From Bacteroidia bacterium (GTDB taxonomy: Bacteria > Bacteroidota > Bacteroidia > NS11-12g > UBA955): a DNA stretch of 53,408 nt. The notes under the pieces were generated by a model. That model saw only the letters and a list, made by a program, of their open reading frames with translations. It was not told the origin of the DNA and ran no database searches. The stretch lies in the NCBI GenBank assembly GCA_965655465.1, contig CBFHGY010000004.1:996-54403 (forward strand), read 5' to 3'. The position numbers were made by a program, and so were the translations under genes. Positions 29,301 through 38,215 of the stretch are shown one piece after another (the first letter of the stretch is position 1; the number at the start of each line of letters is the position of its first letter).

Positions 29301-30030
29301 GCAATAAAACCTTTACGCTATCCGGATTTCCAAGAGGCACGGGTATTTTACCCAGCGTATATACTTTACGAATATCTAAATCTTGATCTTCTTTGGGAAA
29401 ACTAAAGCGAATGGTTGGGTGGTACTCCGTTACGTTTCTAAGGGAATCATCGGCAGTAACGCCCAAGGAATAGCGCACTTGAGGACTGTAATAGGCGTTC
29501 ACCGTTGAGCTTCCCTCAAAATAAAATCGAATACTTCCCGGAATCGTATCAAATTGCTCATAAAATACAAAAACGGACAAATTATTGCCCTTCATTGTGT
29601 CAAAAACAAAGGGTTTGTCGAAGGGGATTTTATAAAATCGATCATCGGGACCAATATGTGTTTGCGGGTGGTTGTAATACACTTCTGTGGCAGATTGGGT
29701 AGCGGCATTAAACGAAAGGGGGGTACTTCCCCAATCCGCGGTTTGCACATTTCCAAGCCAAATTTTCAAGGAGCAACTGCCATTAAAACTCGCACCATCG
29801 CTGCGCATAAACGATAAAGAGGTTAAACTATCGCCATGCTGCATGTTTCCCAGAACACTTTGAGGAAAAATATAGGCATATTTTGATTGATAATCGTCGA
29901 GGGTATTGCGCTGAATCAAGGGTCCCGCTATAGTTCCCAAAAAAGCACCATCACCAATTTGAACAAATTGCGATTGTGCTATAGAGGAAAGTATAAAAAA
30001 TAATGAAAGAAAAACCGTCCGGATACTCAT
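26329..30030 (-). CDS. Large T9SS type A cargo protein with multiple CARDB/Ig-like repeats
   Basis: Start MSIRTVF with a signal peptide. Repeated ~115-aa modules with NxG and D...ND(T) ends. C-terminal VFPNPS...DMLGK...LAQGTYILRI. Confidence 0.8.
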   Translation of the reverse strand: MSIRTVFLSLFFILSSIAQSQFVQIGDGAFLGTIAGPLIQRNTLDDYQSKYAYIFPQSVLGNMQHGDSLTSLSFMRSDGASFNGSCSLKIWLGNVQTADWGSTPLSFNAATQSATEVYYNHPQTHIGPDDRFYKIPFDKPFVFDTMKGNNLSVFVFYEQFDTIPGSIRFYFEGSSTVNAYYSPQVRYSLGVTADDSLRNVTEYHPTIRFSFPKEDQDLDIRKVYTLGKIPVPLGNPDSVKVLLRNVGRQDLLSYKCYTFTKGVNKQKDSFYVNLKEGQEQIVNVPSLSPSNKGTDTVFVESSDNNTSNNLKFSVRWANENIYSYRDITQSPAGGGIGFNGSQGDFVARFNSNKPKNLNQISVAFSGGGRLFKLGIWEHDSARAMPGKLIWDSDSLITKGGTYIYDLPKQVRVNGSFYVGVRQLDLNNVAFGYQMEQPVRPKTFFYAVPLGDTNWVDFHPGAPYKFIIEPRLQADYDLIALDVSLPKDTFNVHAKDTFAPSALIGNMGVNDFDDSFRVRCLIKGPNVLHYDESIFDTLSTGSNRKYNFPKTFAPWEYGKHTLTLIVSHYRDQVIDNDTFVRTFIVGSARDVTIRSAYPSGSSTFIARKDTLQPITTIMNIAFANTGNFDVVSEIWLNNLKISSEKQNLNLGPQGSQILVWSTFPCNDTGRLKWLVYTALKDDEYTPNDTEIFNAFIYKTIDVACEAIITPDSNIIYEPNQNIDIKGRLFNEGVLRADQVKMIFEVYDKLGVLLYQDSLRKDVNGRSGQTFTFNKKFKPTQKGSYLSRFFLADSIDLYPENNVLNAPFYVGRSCDYFLDTIHLPSTISTDPDGQLWSVGVGNSGYDSSSLQAEITATITRNQTIWFEETIQSNVMPDQKRVLSFTKPFKRLFTGTYEVMVIVKHPQDANAINDTLRKTIQVQIAKDVLLDSLSKPEEDQVFYIKDRVESSWVRFRNQGLDSMAGMILKSSWTFEKALLYQSSDTFNMNSNAERVFEFPVNLQFNNAGSGQFRVWLEHPDDEDRSNDTITRYYTVRSKRDLNILQIDSPSIAAVYQTGVKLYPHIKITNSGRDSAVSPGVLVLQVDKNGQSWYTESMPYPRLKPNDTQSVQATQVLYFEEEGVYQLTCFAENNFDENAFNDTFRFPIKVEMNRKSELIRSIEVFPNPSELGYLRILGLPKIEKVTMLDMLGKVHATDLEVKNEGFFVKWSSSLAQGTYILRIENSEGITPIRIIVK

Positions 30031-30081
30031 ATAAACAAAAGTACCCAAATTTCGCACGTATATACGTAATTTGCATCTAAA

Positions 30082-30900
30082 GTGAAAAAAGCTGACATTA
30101 TTCATCAAATAAGACAGAAAAATAGCTTTCTGTGCACCGGTTTAGATACGGAGATGGGGAAACTTCCCGGCCATTTGCCCAAAGACGAGACGGGATTTTT
30201 ACGTTTTAATAGAGAAATTATCGAATCCACCGCGCCATATTCCATTTCCTACAAGATAAACACCGCTTTTTACGAGCAATATGGGTCACAAGGTTGGCAG
30301 TGGATGGAGGAAACCCTCTCCTATTTGCCTGGGGAAACCTTAAAGATAGCAGATGCCAAGCGAGGCGACATAGGCAATACCAGCACGATGTATGCACGGG
30401 CTTTCTTTGAGCGCATGCAGTTCGATGCCATTACTGTTTCCCCTTACATGGGCGAAGATAGCTTACGCCCTTTCTTAGAATTTAAAGATAAATTTATCAT
30501 TTGTTTGGCCTTAACCAGCAATCCCGGTCACCACGACTTTCAATTGCAGCGCAATGAATCTGGAAAAGCCCTTTACGAAACGGTTTTAGAGCGGGTATCA
30601 AAGTGGGGAAATCCCGATAATTTGATGTTTGTGGCTGGTGGTACCCACAATGAGATCCTCAAACAATTGCGAATGCTCGTTCCTGAACACTTTTTATTGG
30701 TACCTGGAATTGGTGCACAAGGGGGTAGCTTGGAAGAAGTCGTTAATCATGCATCCAACCCAGATTTGGGCTTAATTGTAAACAGCAGTCGGGGAATAAT
30801 CTATGCGGGTTCTGGCGAAGACTATGCCGAGAAAGCTGGTCAAGCGGCACAATTATTAGCCTCTGAAATGCACGGATACGTTAGTAAGAGTTTCGTGTAA
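30082..30900 (+). CDS. pyrF: Orotidine-5'-phosphate decarboxylase
   Basis: LCTGLD, DAKRGDIGNT, LVPGIGAQGG, NSSRGIIYA. Confidence 0.96.
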   Translation: MKKADIIHQIRQKNSFLCTGLDTEMGKLPGHLPKDETGFLRFNREIIESTAPYSISYKINTAFYEQYGSQGWQWMEETLSYLPGETLKIADAKRGDIGNTSTMYARAFFERMQFDAITVSPYMGEDSLRPFLEFKDKFIICLALTSNPGHHDFQLQRNESGKALYETVLERVSKWGNPDNLMFVAGGTHNEILKQLRMLVPEHFLLVPGIGAQGGSLEEVVNHASNPDLGLIVNSSRGIIYAGSGEDYAEKAGQAAQLLASEMHGYVSKSFV

Positions 30901-31455
30901 GCGCAACACTTGTTTAATAACACTTTGCTCGTTGTCGTTATCAATTTGGTAATCCACTTTATCTCGCAGTTCTTCTTGGTCCATTTGCATCTTAATGATA
31001 TTCAAGATTTCCTGCCGAGATCGGTGATCGCGTTCTATAACGCGTGAAATTCGGGTTTCTAGAGGAGCAAAAACACCAATAACTTTATCTACCGTTTTAT
31101 CGGCACCACTTTCAAATAAAATAGCGGCTTCTTTCAGTACATAAGGCGCTTTTTGCTGCTTAGACCAATCGTAAAATCGCTGAAACACCCTTGGGTGTAC
31201 TAACTTGTTGAGTGTATCGCGCTCTTGATGATTTTTAAGTATTTCGCGTAGGTATTCTCGGTTGATTTCTCCGCTATCGAGATATGTTTGAACCCCAAAG
31301 GCAGCTATAAGATCTGCCTTTAGGATTAAATCAGAATTATAAAGATTTTTTACTTCTAAATCGGCCTCAAAAACGGGAATGCCTAATTGCTTAAAGATCT
31401 GACAAACCCATGATTTACCCGTTCCAATGCCACCAGTTACGCCAACTTTAAGCAT
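30856..31455 (-). CDS. coaE: Dephospho-CoA kinase
   Basis: GVTGGIGTGKS, LVHPRV, EAAILFESG. Confidence 0.96.
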   Translation of the reverse strand: MLKVGVTGGIGTGKSWVCQIFKQLGIPVFEADLEVKNLYNSDLILKADLIAAFGVQTYLDSGEINREYLREILKNHQERDTLNKLVHPRVFQRFYDWSKQQKAPYVLKEAAILFESGADKTVDKVIGVFAPLETRISRVIERDHRSRQEILNIIKMQMDQEELRDKVDYQIDNDNEQSVIKQVLRLHETLTNVSVHFRG

Positions 31456-31467
31456 ATATAAAGGTTA

Positions 31468-31797
31468 TTAAGCCTCCTTTTTAGGGGCTGGGTAGGCTAA
31501 TTGGGTATTTTCCATACTTACACCATTCGCCTCTATCTTCATTTTACCATCTTCTAATTGTAAAATCATGAATTTCTCCGTCATACTTTCAATTTTACCG
31601 TGTATTCCCCCGGTAGTAACTACATAATCTCCCTTTTTCAATTCTGAAATGAAGGTTTTCGTCTTCTTTTGACGGCGCATTTGAGGCCAAACCATAAAAA
31701 AGAAAAACACGGCCATGATTAACATGAGCACAATAGGATTCATACCTCCGGGAGCCGGAGCTGCTTGTAACAATGTAGTTATAGTTTGTAGATTCAT
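31468..31797 (-). CDS. yajC: Preprotein translocase subunit YajC
   Basis: FFFMVWPQMRRQK, LKKGDYVVTTGGIHG. Confidence 0.95.
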   Translation of the reverse strand: MNLQTITTLLQAAPAPGGMNPIVLMLIMAVFFFFMVWPQMRRQKKTKTFISELKKGDYVVTTGGIHGKIESMTEKFMILQLEDGKMKIEANGVSMENTQLAYPAPKKEA

Positions 31798-31798
31798 T

Positions 31799-32278
31799 TT
31801 AATGATTATTGTGTTCTGAGTCTGTAGCTAAAATATTGGCTTTGAAAATAAGCAATACGGTTGGTGTAGTAGCATTTTCAAATTGCACATCGATATTTTT
31901 CTCTACCAGTGGGTTATCTATTCCTCCTTTACCCTTAGAGTCGAATGTCGCAACGACTTTGCCCTCTCCTCCTGGTGGAATAACCTCTTCGGTCCACTCA
32001 GGACTGGTGCAACCGCAAGAAGCCGATACGCGGGCAATTGTTAAGGGACCTTCCCCGATATTCTTAAAACGAAAAGTGTGTTGAACAACATCTCCATCTT
32101 TAATATTTCCAAACTCAAAAACGCTATCGACGAATTGCGCGGTACCTTTGGGTTTTTGAGATTCGGGAGATTCAGGATTAAAAGACTCGATATCGCTAGG
32201 GGTAATTTCTTTATTACTTGGGGTACAAGCCACCCAAGCAACACTTAAAATCATATAGAAAAATGAGCGTAAGGTCAT
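31799..32278 (-). CDS. DUF1573-domain lipoprotein
   Basis: Lipobox WVAC; FEFGNI...F.FKNIG..PL.I..V.ASCGCT.P. It lies in the usual nusB-DUF1573-yajC-coaE order. Confidence 0.9.
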   Translation of the reverse strand: MTLRSFFYMILSVAWVACTPSNKEITPSDIESFNPESPESQKPKGTAQFVDSVFEFGNIKDGDVVQHTFRFKNIGEGPLTIARVSASCGCTSPEWTEEVIPPGGEGKVVATFDSKGKGGIDNPLVEKNIDVQFENATTPTVLLIFKANILATDSEHNNH

Positions 32279-32296
32279 AATACAAAAGTATTGTTT

Positions 32297-33226
32297 TTAC
32301 TTTAAACCTCTGCCGGTTTTCTGGATTTCTCCTCGATTTTCTAGATCAATTCGCAGCTTATCCATAATCCCATTTACAAATTTGGAACTATTCGGGGTAC
32401 TGTAGTTTTTGGTAATCTCTAAATACTCGTTTATAGTAACCCTAACTGGAATTTCAGGACAATACAAAAATTCGGTAAGGGTGAGTTTAAGTATTAACAA
32501 ATCCATAATAGCGATACGCGAAGGATCCCAATTTTGGGTAACCTCTGAAATTAGCGTTTCGTAACGTTCGGAATTGGCAATGGTATCTTTTAACATTTGA
32601 GAGGCCCAATAAGCTTCTTCGTCGCTGGGTTTTACTCCTGCTTTGATGTTTAAATTGTCTAAACTTTTGGAGAGTTCTAGGGTTTTTGCCACATCTCTAA
32701 TGGTATACGGAGCATCATCAAACCAAACGGGATAAATTTCCTCTATGGCATTATTAAAACCTTCATGTGTTTCTAAAAAAGCATAATAGGTGTTTTCTAA
32801 AAACTCTTTTTGTTGGTCTGCATTCGGAGAGAAAAAGATGCTATAATCTTTTGCAAAGTCGTATCCTTTTAAATCGTTATACCATTGTTCAAAATGGTTT
32901 TCCGCCTCCGACCATTTAAAGCCATAATACCCTGCATGAAGGGTTTGATTATGAACTTGGTCTAATAATTTAGTGCCATTTAATAGGGAAAACTGATCGA
33001 TTTTTTCTTTACTGGGATAATATTTTCCCTTTTCAAAATCCTGCTTTGCCAAAGCGTATTCGCGCAATTGGTACGGAAAGTCTAAAAGAAATAAATAACA
33101 TTCATGAACCAAGGAAAGTCTTTCAAAAAGCTCTTGAGAAAATTGAGCGATGGGCACTTCTTTACTCTGATTCCAAGAATAGAGTGTTTGAAGGGTTTTA
33201 ATGCGTACGAGTCGGCGTGAAATCAT
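32297..33226 (-). CDS. nusB: Transcription antitermination factor NusB (long Bacteroidota form)
   Basis: MISRRLVRIKTLQTLY, NWDPSRIAIMD, VTINEYLEITKNYSTPNSSKFVNGIMD. Confidence 0.95.
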   Translation of the reverse strand: MISRRLVRIKTLQTLYSWNQSKEVPIAQFSQELFERLSLVHECYLFLLDFPYQLREYALAKQDFEKGKYYPSKEKIDQFSLLNGTKLLDQVHNQTLHAGYYGFKWSEAENHFEQWYNDLKGYDFAKDYSIFFSPNADQQKEFLENTYYAFLETHEGFNNAIEEIYPVWFDDAPYTIRDVAKTLELSKSLDNLNIKAGVKPSDEEAYWASQMLKDTIANSERYETLISEVTQNWDPSRIAIMDLLILKLTLTEFLYCPEIPVRVTINEYLEITKNYSTPNSSKFVNGIMDKLRIDLENRGEIQKTGRGLK

Positions 33227-33342
33227 CAGAACGTTGTGTCTGCAAAGATAGTGTTTTTTCTTTGTTAATAGGTCTGCATATTTATCCGTTTATATACGGA
33301 TAATAGACGAATAGAAGGCTTTGATGCTTAGATATTTGAGGC

Positions 33343-33684
33343 ATGAAAATAGAAACAAACATCCACCAGAACATCCAATTATTTGCTCAAGAGCTGGGCG
33401 TTTCAGCAAGTAAAGACGCACTTTCAGAAAAAGTACGGGGCGAAATTATCGCCGCTGCCATTGCGATTGCCCGCAGTAAGGAACCGGAAAAAGAAAAAAA
33501 GTTGCACACCATTTACGATATAGAACGCACCTTTATAAGATGCTCCAAACTCCTAGCGTCGCTTTGGACAGCCCGCAAGCATGGAGAAATTACTGAAACC
33601 GTTTTTTTAAACTTAGAAATCCAAATTAACGACCAACTAAAACGCTTATTGCGTGCGAGTCAAGAATTGAAAATCTTTAATTAG
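33343..33684 (+). CDS. Small helical protein, possibly a divergent four-helix-bundle (23S rRNA IVP/Avd-like) family member
   Basis: 113 aa with an all-helical pattern; LSEKVRGEIIAAAIAIA and LWTARKHGEIT loosely match the family. A GATATTTG promoter-like site lies 4 nt upstream. Confidence 0.45.
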   Translation: MKIETNIHQNIQLFAQELGVSASKDALSEKVRGEIIAAAIAIARSKEPEKEKKLHTIYDIERTFIRCSKLLASLWTARKHGEITETVFLNLEIQINDQLKRLLRASQELKIFN

Positions 33685-35051
33685 TCGTAAATAAACCGAA
33701 CGGTTTTTTTGATGTCTCCAGAGGCATTTTTTAGAACCCCTATATAGTGCCCGCTCGCATGTTTGCGCATATCAAAAACCGTCTCATTTTGGTTTATTTC
33801 CTGTTCATCTATAACCAATTGACCTATACTGTTGTAGACAGAGAATCTAACCCCATGATCTAATACCTCTTTTGTGAGCTCCACTACCAAGGTTTTATTG
33901 TCTGATCTTGGAAAAATGAGAACTTTATCGTAGATAATTGTGTCAAAAATTCGGCTTTTAACTTCTACTTCAGCGGAAGAAATAATCTCCTTCCGATACG
34001 TTTTTATTACATTGTACATGACCTCTGATTGTCCATTGGTAAACATGTTCTGACATTCATGTGTTGAATAATCCATGTAGTTTTCAACCATATCGGGGAA
34101 ATCATTGGCTTCTGTACAGGTATTTCTGTTTTTTTCACAGGTGAAATTAGAACCCGTTCCTTGCAAAGGAGTGTCGTCTATATAGTCATCAAGCAAACAT
34201 CTGTTTGCCATAAATTGATCGTCTGCCCATATGTGTCTAAGTCCAAAGTAGTGACCGAATTCATGGGTTGCCACACGACCTTTATTAGATGCCTGCAGTA
34301 CGGAAGTTGTTGCTCTGCGGTTATTTCGGCCTATACACTTATAATGGATAACCACACCTTGTTCCGGATCTGCTACAAACACATTCGATTGCCAAAAGGG
34401 ATGTCCATACGGAGGATAGGCAAATCCTAAAACTTGATCTTGACCATTAACGGTCATATCGCACACCCAAACATTGATGTATTTTCTAGGATCCCAAGCA
34501 TCTACTCCACCGCGACTGCTATATTTCATGTTGTTATTTACCCCTTGGGTGGTGCCCCAACTGGTAACGGTAGTGGGCACTTTATTGATTCCATTGGTTG
34601 GATTTCCATTGGGATCTTTATCTGCAAGAACGAATTGTATTCGGGTGTCACCGGCTCGAGATTTGAAAATATTGCGAATATTTACCGTATCCGAATTGCG
34701 TTTTCTAAAGTCTTCATTGAGCACTTCAATTTGATTGAATATGAGACTATCTTCTACGTTCTCGTATGCACTGGAATACAATACATGAAAAACCACAGGC
34801 GCAATAAAAACGCTGTCGTAGGTATAAATAGTATCTCGTACTTTCTTCTTGCGTTTGGAAATGTTTTTACCTGAATTAATAGTTTGAACATATTGCTTGT
34901 CGTAGGCGTTTTTAAAACCTGGATATTTTTGTTCAAGGTGCTGGATTACAGCAGAATGTCCGCAAGGTTCCGGGATATTTCCTTCATTAACTTGAGAAAA
35001 AAGCACCGACGATGCACCCAACCAAAATAACAAGAGTAATTTTTTATGCAT
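33681..35051 (-). CDS. M43 (pappalysin/ulilysin-type) zinc metalloprotease with a T9SS C-terminal domain
   Basis: Cys-switch-like EPCG, PVVFHV, HEFGHYFGLRH zinc motif, Met-turn NYMDYS, CTD YNSIGQLV...SGHY. Start placed at MHKKLL. Confidence 0.9.
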   Translation of the reverse strand: MHKKLLLLFWLGASSVLFSQVNEGNIPEPCGHSAVIQHLEQKYPGFKNAYDKQYVQTINSGKNISKRKKKVRDTIYTYDSVFIAPVVFHVLYSSAYENVEDSLIFNQIEVLNEDFRKRNSDTVNIRNIFKSRAGDTRIQFVLADKDPNGNPTNGINKVPTTVTSWGTTQGVNNNMKYSSRGGVDAWDPRKYINVWVCDMTVNGQDQVLGFAYPPYGHPFWQSNVFVADPEQGVVIHYKCIGRNNRRATTSVLQASNKGRVATHEFGHYFGLRHIWADDQFMANRCLLDDYIDDTPLQGTGSNFTCEKNRNTCTEANDFPDMVENYMDYSTHECQNMFTNGQSEVMYNVIKTYRKEIISSAEVEVKSRIFDTIIYDKVLIFPRSDNKTLVVELTKEVLDHGVRFSVYNSIGQLVIDEQEINQNETVFDMRKHASGHYIGVLKNASGDIKKTVRFIYD

Positions 35052-35071
35052 AAAATAAAAGGCAATAAACG

Positions 35072-35113
35072 AAAAAAAGCGCAAATCAGGGCAATTTGAA
35101 CCTGTTTTGCGCT
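35072..35113 (-). terminator. Probable intrinsic terminator after fdx-iscX
   Basis: Minus strand reads AGCGCAAAACAGG...CCTGATTTGCGCT followed by a T run. Confidence 0.6.
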
Positions 35114-35135
35114 GTGTTATGATTAACAAATGACC

Positions 35136-35363
35136 CTATTGATTATCGCGCCATTCGTAGACCCATTGAGATTGGATCATTTCGAGATGCCCTTCATTGC
35201 ATTCTTCTCGAGTACCCACAAATTCAGGGATTTCAAGAACCCATTCAATAAGCTCGGTAAAGCGGATGCGGTAAATTTTATCTTCTCCAAAGTCATCTCC
35301 AAAGCGTTCATAAAGTTTCATAGCAACGTCTTCGTGATCTTTCCAGTATATAGGCAGTTCCAT
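35136..35363 (-). CDS. iscX: Fe-S cluster assembly protein IscX
   Basis: WKDHEDVAMKLYE...IRFTELIEWVLE...EGHLEMIQSQW. Confidence 0.92.
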   Translation of the reverse strand: MELPIYWKDHEDVAMKLYERFGDDFGEDKIYRIRFTELIEWVLEIPEFVGTREECNEGHLEMIQSQWVYEWRDNQ

Positions 35364-35404
35364 AATGTTTGTTTTTTTCAGTTTTTATATTACAAAATAT
35401 CGGA

Positions 35405-35737
35405 TTAGTGTCCAATGATTCCACTTTGATCGGGAACAGTCACTACGAGGTCGCCACCATCTTCAGAGAGTTTACATTGACAGGCCAAACGGCTGTTGTA
35501 TTTAGGGTTTCTCGCCCTATCAACGTATTCTTCTTCCCGATCGCTCATTTCCGGTAGGTCCTCTTCACCTTGTTCTACATAAACGTGGCACGTGCTGCAG
35601 CCACAAACTCCTCCACAATTGTGGTTTAAATGAACCTCATTATCGAGAGCAACATCCAAGATGCTTTCGCCTGGAAAAATCTCAGTTTCTACCGGATCTT
35701 TTCCTTTTTCTTCGAATAAAAATGTAATAGTTGGCAT
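35405..35737 (-). CDS. fdx: ISC-type 2Fe-2S ferredoxin
   Basis: Start placed at MPTITF. HNCGGVCGCSTCHV...SRLACQC. TATATTTG promoter element 9 nt upstream. Confidence 0.92.
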   Translation of the reverse strand: MPTITFLFEEKGKDPVETEIFPGESILDVALDNEVHLNHNCGGVCGCSTCHVYVEQGEEDLPEMSDREEEYVDRARNPKYNSRLACQCKLSEDGGDLVVTVPDQSGIIGH

Positions 35738-35840
35738 AAATATCTGCAAATATAACATAGCAATTTTCGTTTTGTTGGAAGATTCGATGAAGCACTTATT
35801 GTGAATGTTTATACAATAAGGCTTATTTTCGCAGTGCGTT

Positions 35841-36980
35841 ATGAATTTCGAACTAACCGAAGAGCACTTAGCGGTACAACAAGCCGCTCGTGATTTTGCC
35901 CAAACAGAATTACTTCCAGGCGTTATTGAGCGCGATGAACACCAAAAATTTCCCGCGGAACAAATCAAGAAGATGGGGGAATTAGGCTTTATGGCCATGA
36001 TGGTTGATCCCAAATGGGGCGGTGGCGGAATGGATACCATTTCCTACGTTCTAGCTATGGAAGAAATTTCTAAAATAGATGCATCTGCATCTGTTTGTAT
36101 GAGTGTAAACAACTCCTTGGTATGCTGGGGTTTGGAAACTTTTGGAACCGAAGAACAAAAGGAAAAATACCTTCGCCCTTTGGCTACGGGCCAAGCAATC
36201 GGTGCTTTTTGTTTGTCTGAACCTGAAGCCGGCAGCGATGCAACTAGCCAACAAACAACCGCTTTTGATCAAGGCGATCATTACTTATTAAACGGTACTA
36301 AAAACTGGATTACCAACGGTAATAACGCAAGTTATTATTTGGTTATTGCACAAACCGATGTTGAAAAAGGTCACAAAGGAATCAATGCCTTTATCGTAGA
36401 TAAGTCTTGGGAAGGTGTAGTTGTAGGTAAAAAAGAAGATAAATTAGGTATTCGCGGTAGCGATACGCATAGCATCATGTTCCAAGATGTTAAAGTTCCT
36501 AAAGAAAATCGCATCGGAGAAGATGGTTTTGGTTTCAAATTTGCCATGAAAGTACTAAGCGGAGGACGTATCGGAATTGCTGCACAAGCATTAGGTATTG
36601 CGAGTGGTGCATATGAATTAGCCCTTAAATACTCAAAAGAGCGTAAAGCCTTTGGTAAAGAAATCATGCACCATCAAGCCATTGCCTTTAAGTTAGCCGA
36701 TATGGCTACTGAAATCGAAGCTTCCCGTATGTTGTGCTTAAAAGCGGCTTGGTTGAAGGATCAACACCTCAATTATGACCGTGCAAGCGCCATGGCGAAG
36801 TTGTTTGCTTCTGAAACAGCAATGAAAACCACAGTTGAAGCCGTTCAAGTTCATGGCGGATATGGCTTTGTTAAGGAATATCACGTTGAGCGTCTTATGC
36901 GCGATGCGAAAATCACTCAAATCTATGAAGGTACTTCAGAGATTCAGCGTGTGGTAATTTCACGCGATGTGCTAAAATAA
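35841..36980 (+). CDS. Acyl-CoA dehydrogenase (short/branched-chain type)
   Basis: FCLSEPEAGSDA, NGTKNWITNG, GGRIGIAAQALG, QVHGGYG, IYEGTSEIQ. Confidence 0.95.
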   Translation: MNFELTEEHLAVQQAARDFAQTELLPGVIERDEHQKFPAEQIKKMGELGFMAMMVDPKWGGGGMDTISYVLAMEEISKIDASASVCMSVNNSLVCWGLETFGTEEQKEKYLRPLATGQAIGAFCLSEPEAGSDATSQQTTAFDQGDHYLLNGTKNWITNGNNASYYLVIAQTDVEKGHKGINAFIVDKSWEGVVVGKKEDKLGIRGSDTHSIMFQDVKVPKENRIGEDGFGFKFAMKVLSGGRIGIAAQALGIASGAYELALKYSKERKAFGKEIMHHQAIAFKLADMATEIEASRMLCLKAAWLKDQHLNYDRASAMAKLFASETAMKTTVEAVQVHGGYGFVKEYHVERLMRDAKITQIYEGTSEIQRVVISRDVLK

Positions 36981-36999
36981 TTTTTTGAATGTTATTGAG

Positions 37000-37027
37000 A
37001 AGGGGACCCACAAGTCCCCTTTTTTTT
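37000..37027 (+). terminator. Intrinsic terminator
   Basis: AAGGGGAC-CCACAA-GTCCCCTT followed by a T run. Confidence 0.85.
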
Positions 37028-37082
37028 GCACCCTTTACGATTAAAATTCCCGATTAGCACAAACGATAATCACAACCGCTCA

Positions 37083-38210
37083 TTAGGCATAAAGTTCAGA
37101 AAGACGAGCGGATGAAACAAAACACACTTCAGGCCATTTCTGGACAATTCGTTTCAAAATTTCTTTCAAGAGAACGAGTGTTTGTGTTCGGTTCTTTTCC
37201 TCCAAAGAACCTATATAATTAAGTCTATGAGAATTGATAATAGCGGGTTTACCCCAGAAAAAGGCCCAATATACATCTTCCAAAACCGTATTTACCCAAT
37301 CTATATTTGGATTCAAAGTTGGCTCAAAGTTGGCATTTCTAATAGTAAAAAACTGTCCGTTTTCGTTTTTTTTACCCATAAAATGCTTCACTTTTTCAAT
37401 TCCCAAACCTTCCTCAGTAATCCGATCTTGAATATACGCACCCTGAATGTGCTTCACACCGGCTTCAAGCAGTACCTTTTCAGCGTGTTTACTCATACTA
37501 AAACAAGCGGCAATTGCAGATTTGCTTTTAAACCCAAAAGTTTCTTCAAAAATGTGCAAACCCTCCTTAATAGCAGCGCCAATGGCCCGTTCATCTTCGG
37601 TGTTGTGCATTCCCCAAGCATCTAAATAAAAATCCTTACACGTCACTAAATCCCGATTATGTACGGTAAACATCCGCTCTTCAAAAGCATCTAAAACCCC
37701 CTTTTCTCCTTTTTGAAGCGCCCTGGTCCAGTTTTTAAAATGAACGTGTTCCCGGCCGTGAAATTGTGGTGTTATGCAATTTGAATTTATCCCTTGTTGA
37801 TACAGTTTTATAACCTTGTCGTGTTGCGGATACTTGGCTAAAGTATCATAAAAATGCTCGTATTGGTACTCCTGGAAATTACATGCGCGCATGGCATCAA
37901 AATCCGGGTTGGTCATTACCGTATTGAATGTAATATTTGCCGGTTTACCGTCTGAACCCTTCACGGAGTGTAGAACCTCCAGTAATGCCTCTAGATCGCT
38001 GTTGCTCTCTAATGCATCATACTTATTAAATGGTGATTCCAGTTCTGGATAACCTTTCTGAATCAGTTTGTTTTGACTTTCCTTGCTAGCCGTTCGAATT
38101 GAACCCCAATCATCAGACTCGATAAGTACCCATTTTTGGGGTATACGTTTTCCTTTTCTATTGATTACGGCCTTTATGGCCGCTCTTTTTATCTGGGGGA
38201 AACGAATCAC
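37083..38210 (-). CDS. Polysaccharide (de)acetylase-like protein
   Basis: IESDDWGS, TNPDF, PQFHGREH, PAIINSHRLNYIG. Confidence 0.7.
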   Translation of the reverse strand: MIRFPQIKRAAIKAVINRKGKRIPQKWVLIESDDWGSIRTASKESQNKLIQKGYPELESPFNKYDALESNSDLEALLEVLHSVKGSDGKPANITFNTVMTNPDFDAMRACNFQEYQYEHFYDTLAKYPQHDKVIKLYQQGINSNCITPQFHGREHVHFKNWTRALQKGEKGVLDAFEERMFTVHNRDLVTCKDFYLDAWGMHNTEDERAIGAAIKEGLHIFEETFGFKSKSAIAACFSMSKHAEKVLLEAGVKHIQGAYIQDRITEEGLGIEKVKHFMGKKNENGQFFTIRNANFEPTLNPNIDWVNTVLEDVYWAFFWGKPAIINSHRLNYIGSLEEKNRTQTLVLLKEILKRIVQKWPEVCFVSSARLSELYA

Positions 38211-38215
38211 AGGGT

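Noticed and set aside
35738-36040. N-terminal extension of the ferredoxin ORF (211 aa in the track)
   Set aside because: It overlaps the acyl-CoA dehydrogenase on the opposite strand; the ferredoxin-like sequence and a promoter element point to a start at 35737. Similar over-long starts were trimmed for PorP, DUF4403, the T9SS cargo genes, M43, gmd and HPT.
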